From NCBI RefSeq assembly GCF_000485595.1, contig NW_014577067.1:801199-835114 (forward strand): a stretch of 33,916 nucleotides of DNA. The letters run 5' to 3'. The translations under genes and the position numbers were made by a program. Below, one piece after another: positions 9,776 to 33,916 of this stretch (position 1 is its first letter; the number at the start of each line of letters is the position of its first letter). Source of the DNA: Priapulus caudatus (lineage: Eukaryota). Under the pieces are notes generated by a model, which searched no databases, was not told where the DNA came from, and saw only the letters and a list, made by a program, of their open reading frames with translations.

Positions 9776-11841
9776 ACATCACGACACATATTTAATGGCA
9801 GCTGTGCCTCAGACAACAATCGGTTTGCATCGCTATAAATCCACAACACGCTACACGTAAATAAATGCCCTAGGTACCTATTGGTTCAATAATGATTCAA
9901 GAGTACGCATATCTTAAGCAAACGAACCTGTCGATATCCACACCCCTAGCTGTACACTGAAAGCAGTTCCGATGGTAACATTGTCGTTACTGCAGGATGA
10001 CATTCAACAAAGGATAAACGAGCGCTACAGGAGAATCGCGAACGAGAGTTTGGTAACCGCCTCGTCATCGGTTCGCTGTGATATCCTAAATCTGAATTCT
10101 AGAGCACCGTTGAACATACATGTAATAAATATTCAGTAAGAATGTATGAATGGACAGTCAATTGATATCATGCACGCGCACACACGCACACTAAGAACAG
10201 TGTTAAACAACGGCAATATATCATATCCTTAGATGCATAATACACACAGGCATACCGAACACGCACGCACCAAGCACGCACACACGCATGTTCACTAAAT
10301 ACCAAAACACATACTATGACATCGGGAATAGTATAAAGATTTTTCTTTATATGTGAATACATCTAACCGTGTTAATGGACCGTGTTTCATACCGCTAGTG
10401 CCACCTGGTGACGAATCAATGTAATTTTTACGAAGAGATTTGAGAGAGGTTCGTTATCCCCTAGATATTTTGGATATTTCTTTAACGAATCTGCAACCGT
10501 CAATAAAAACCTCATTTCCACATATCTATGAATGCAAATGGGATGCGACTTCATAACTTCCCTGGGCTACACATCATCTCAACTGCTAGGAAGGCGAGAA
10601 CACGTACATGCGGCAAACAATTATGGTTATCGTAACTCACACTCAGACACACGGCAAAGAGTATTCTGTACGAATAAGTAAAATAGTAAGAAAACACCTC
10701 ACGTGTATGACGACGACTATAGTACATATAAGACACAGTTAGACATTGAAATAGCCTACGACGTGTGAAGTTTTACAGACCATGTATGCGTGTTTCCTTT
10801 CATAGAGATTCTATGACAAACAAAGGCATCTAAACAACAGGGTCACAGTTATATGATCTCACGCCGATATGATTGAATGAATCTGTGTACAACAGAGGCG
10901 GCTAAACAATTGGTCACAATTCTACGAGCTCACGTTGATAGTGAGGTTATTAGTGAAGAAGTGAAGTGAACACGATCGGCAGTGATGAATCTCTTTCTTT
11001 CTCTCTCTCTAAATGTCGATCATTTAAGGAACTCGAGTTGTGTGTAGCAGTAAACCATTACGCTGTCTTTAGACGCGTCGCGTCGCAAATAAATGTCGCT
11101 AAGAGACCGAATTAACCCTATCCGTCTGAGCGAGATACCTATGCCGTCAGTGGATATCGTTTCTAGGTCAGGAATGCCACACCGGCATGATAACACGTGT
11201 TTTTCACTCGTACCCGCTCCAAAGTGTCGCTTCACGGCACTTCGTTGCTGAGCAATGTCTTTTAGACCGTTCTGTCACGACAACATTTGGTTCTATAGCT
11301 GCATTTACCTAGTTTCTGCCTGTCAATGACTCCAGGCGGATGGGTCAATTTATGGCTAAGTCTGCGGGAATTCCACAAAGAGACGGTGAAATGGAATTGC
11401 CGTGTATATAGGACAATATAAAAAGCGTTTCATTTTGTTTCGATAGTCAGAGACGGTTTCCCCTATACTCGTGAATCAGCTTATAGCATCAGAGAGGCGA
11501 CAACTAGGTGTGGCCGATATAAATAAATGGTAGTGAAAATGTAGTGCGGGTTTCAGCCATATTTGCGGCAGACAAAGACACGCCAAATGCTTGCTTCACT
11601 ACTTCTCTAAGGCCACAAAAGCCTGATCTAGTCGCTTTCCTGTCGCTCGCTGCGTGAACCTCGCGTGATGAATTTTTGTTTCGCAGCTACGACGCGCTGC
11701 GCACACGCGAGAGCAAACGTCAATAGGTGGCGTGACAGTAGTCTTTCTCTAAGCGGCCATCTCTCCGGTTGTCGTGATGACCGCGACCTACTGAAGCAGC
11801 AAGCGGCGTGCGGCGTAGAAGGTTGGTCGAGTGAAATCCTT

Positions 11842-32236
<20,395 letters not shown>

Positions 32237-33338
32237 CTGAAGTAAAGAAGAGAAAACGTTGCGCTTTAATGGTGGCAAAAAATGCGATCCTTTCTAAATC
32301 ATGAGTAACTGATCTCGACATAAAATCGACTCGTGTGTCTGGGTGTTTTTTTGTGGTTCGCTTTTCCTGCATAAATGACCTAAATTAGCTGAAAAATTGT
32401 CCTAAAAGGATTGATTGGCATGTATAGATGAAAATCTAGGGCGCTTAGGAGCCACCATGGAAAGTGTAATGCCGGCGGATAACAACATCGTTTGAGTCTG
32501 AATGCGTACGGGATAGCTATGATTCATTTACTTTCATTTTGTAAATTTCGCAATGACGTACGCTGTATGCATTCAGTATGCATAATGGACAGAAATAGGA
32601 GCTATGCGAACACTCGCAGATGTTACGCATAGCACTTATTCTAGAATTTCATAATGCAAATCCCTTTCGACCGGCAGCAGCTGTACGTGTTCCTAACGAA
32701 ATATTATTAACGCGCGCGAGAGCACGCTTGCTCATTGCAGCTCGTGAACGATATAATTAGTATCATTACGAAATACGTCAAAACAAAAATAAACGTCCAC
32801 GAATCTTGTGACAAATTCACCGCGCCTATACGCATGCGCAGTTTCCTCTCTTAACTAAGCCTAAGTCAAATTAAACTTAGTTTAATCGAAACTAAGTCTA
32901 GTACGATTCAGTCGTAGCGCTGCAACTAGCGCTACAACTAGTATTTCTTTATTTATACTTTACAGACGTATTCACCATAAAATGGTAATATGCGTACATA
33001 CCTACCATATTCGTATTACAATAACGATTATGTAGCATTTCGTTTTACCAACATACACAATCTTAATCAACGTTGTAAGTCAGAGTTAATGTCTCTAACG
33101 TTGGGATTTTCCATCATTTCATGCCTTAGCCGACATTGCAAGAAAAGCGGGAATGATTAACAAACCCAAACATGCGCGCATACGAGCGAGCTCCGATGAT
33201 TCAACATTAACGTTAACACGATGTACGTCGCCTTCACTCTGCATTCATTATGAGCCATCCGACGTCGCCACTGATGGATGGGAGAGCGTATCGTCCGTGC
33301 GCCGGCGAGAGTTTACGCGTGAAGTACGCCTCAACTAA

Positions 33339-33462
33339 CATGATAGGGTTTCCCACTAAATACGGATTGTTTCTGAATAATTAACATTAAGAATTTGATC
33401 ATGATAGGGTTTCCCACTAAATACGGATTGTTTCTGAATAAATAACATTAAGAATTTGATCA
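33339..33462. repeat. Tandem duplication, 61-bp unit x2
   Basis: CATGATAGGGTTTCCCACTAAATACGG...GAATTTGAT is repeated with one mismatch. Confidence 0.93.
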
Positions 33463-33506
33463 CACTGTCGCGTTGACATTCTTTCCGCGCGCGCGTGCAC
33501 ACACAC

Positions 33507-33755
33507 GGTTAAGACTAATCCCCGGGCACTCTGTGAGGATCCACAGTGTAGGGGTGGTCGGGTAGGGTAGGGTCGTGTAGGGTAGGCCTAACTCTAACCC
33601 TAACCCTAACCCTAACCCTAACCCTAATCCTAAACCTAACCCTAACCCTAACCCTAATCCTAAACCTAACCCTAACCATACCCTACCCGACCACCCCTAC
33701 ATTGTGGGCTCGCCCTCACACTCATTGTGGGAATGCCCAGGGATTAGTCTTTTCC
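33507..33755. mobile_element. Foldback/MITE-like element with a (CCCTAA)n core
   Basis: The outer IR AAGACTAATCCCCGGGCA / TGCCCAGGGATTAGTCTT matches 17/18. The inner IR CCACAGTGTAGGGGTGGTCGGGTAGGGTA / TACCCTACCCGACCACCCCTACATTGTGG matches 28/29. The core is telomeric repeat, and CAC(AC) flanks both sides. Confidence 0.75.
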
Positions 33756-33814
33756 CACACGCACACGCACACACGCGCGCACACACACACACACGCACAC
33801 ACACGCGCGCGCGT

Positions 33815-33866
<52 letters not shown>

Positions 33867-33916
33867 CAACACACACACACTACGTACCACACACACACAC
33901 AACATATATATATATA
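33756..33916. repeat. (CA/CG)n microsatellite
   Basis: Directly visible. Confidence 0.92.

Noticed and set aside
33119..33181. MRACLGLLIIPAFLAMSAKA (minus strand) as the receptor's signal-peptide exon
   Set aside because: It is hydrophobic and well placed but has no phase-1 GT donor before its stop. The strong donor at 33002 has no signal-like frame. The first exon is left unassigned and may lie outside the window.

Overview
Eukaryotic (animal, probably non-arthropod invertebrate given the TTAGGG repeats; inference) intron-rich DNA with two 10-N gaps and many microsatellites. I reconstructed two minus-strand genes by hand, with consistent intron phases and GT-AG sites. (1) A secreted S1A (chymotrypsin-fold) serine protease, join(3252..3111, 2726..2565, 2105..1354), 351 aa. 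It has an intact H/D/S triad but an unusual activation site (RLH-IVRG), Asn at position 189, a shortened 99-loop and a C-terminal extension. Upstream lies a decayed tandem paralog: a frameshifted 3' remnant at about 5213-5535 plus a fully intact signal + Pro-rich propeptide + RLK-IVGG exon (7066-7402) that could splice in frame onto the working gene as an alternative N-terminus. (2) A type-I membrane protein, SRCR-SRCR-linker-CUB-TM-short tail, with 9 exons identified from 32236 to 11842 and the first exon not found. Introns and flanks hold a 4.6-kb 20-bp minisatellite, an interstitial telomeric array that supplies a candidate branch point, a foldback element with a telomeric core, a 320-bp palindrome and two hAT-like MITE copies. 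Most ORFs in the supplied track are spurious microsatellite translations.
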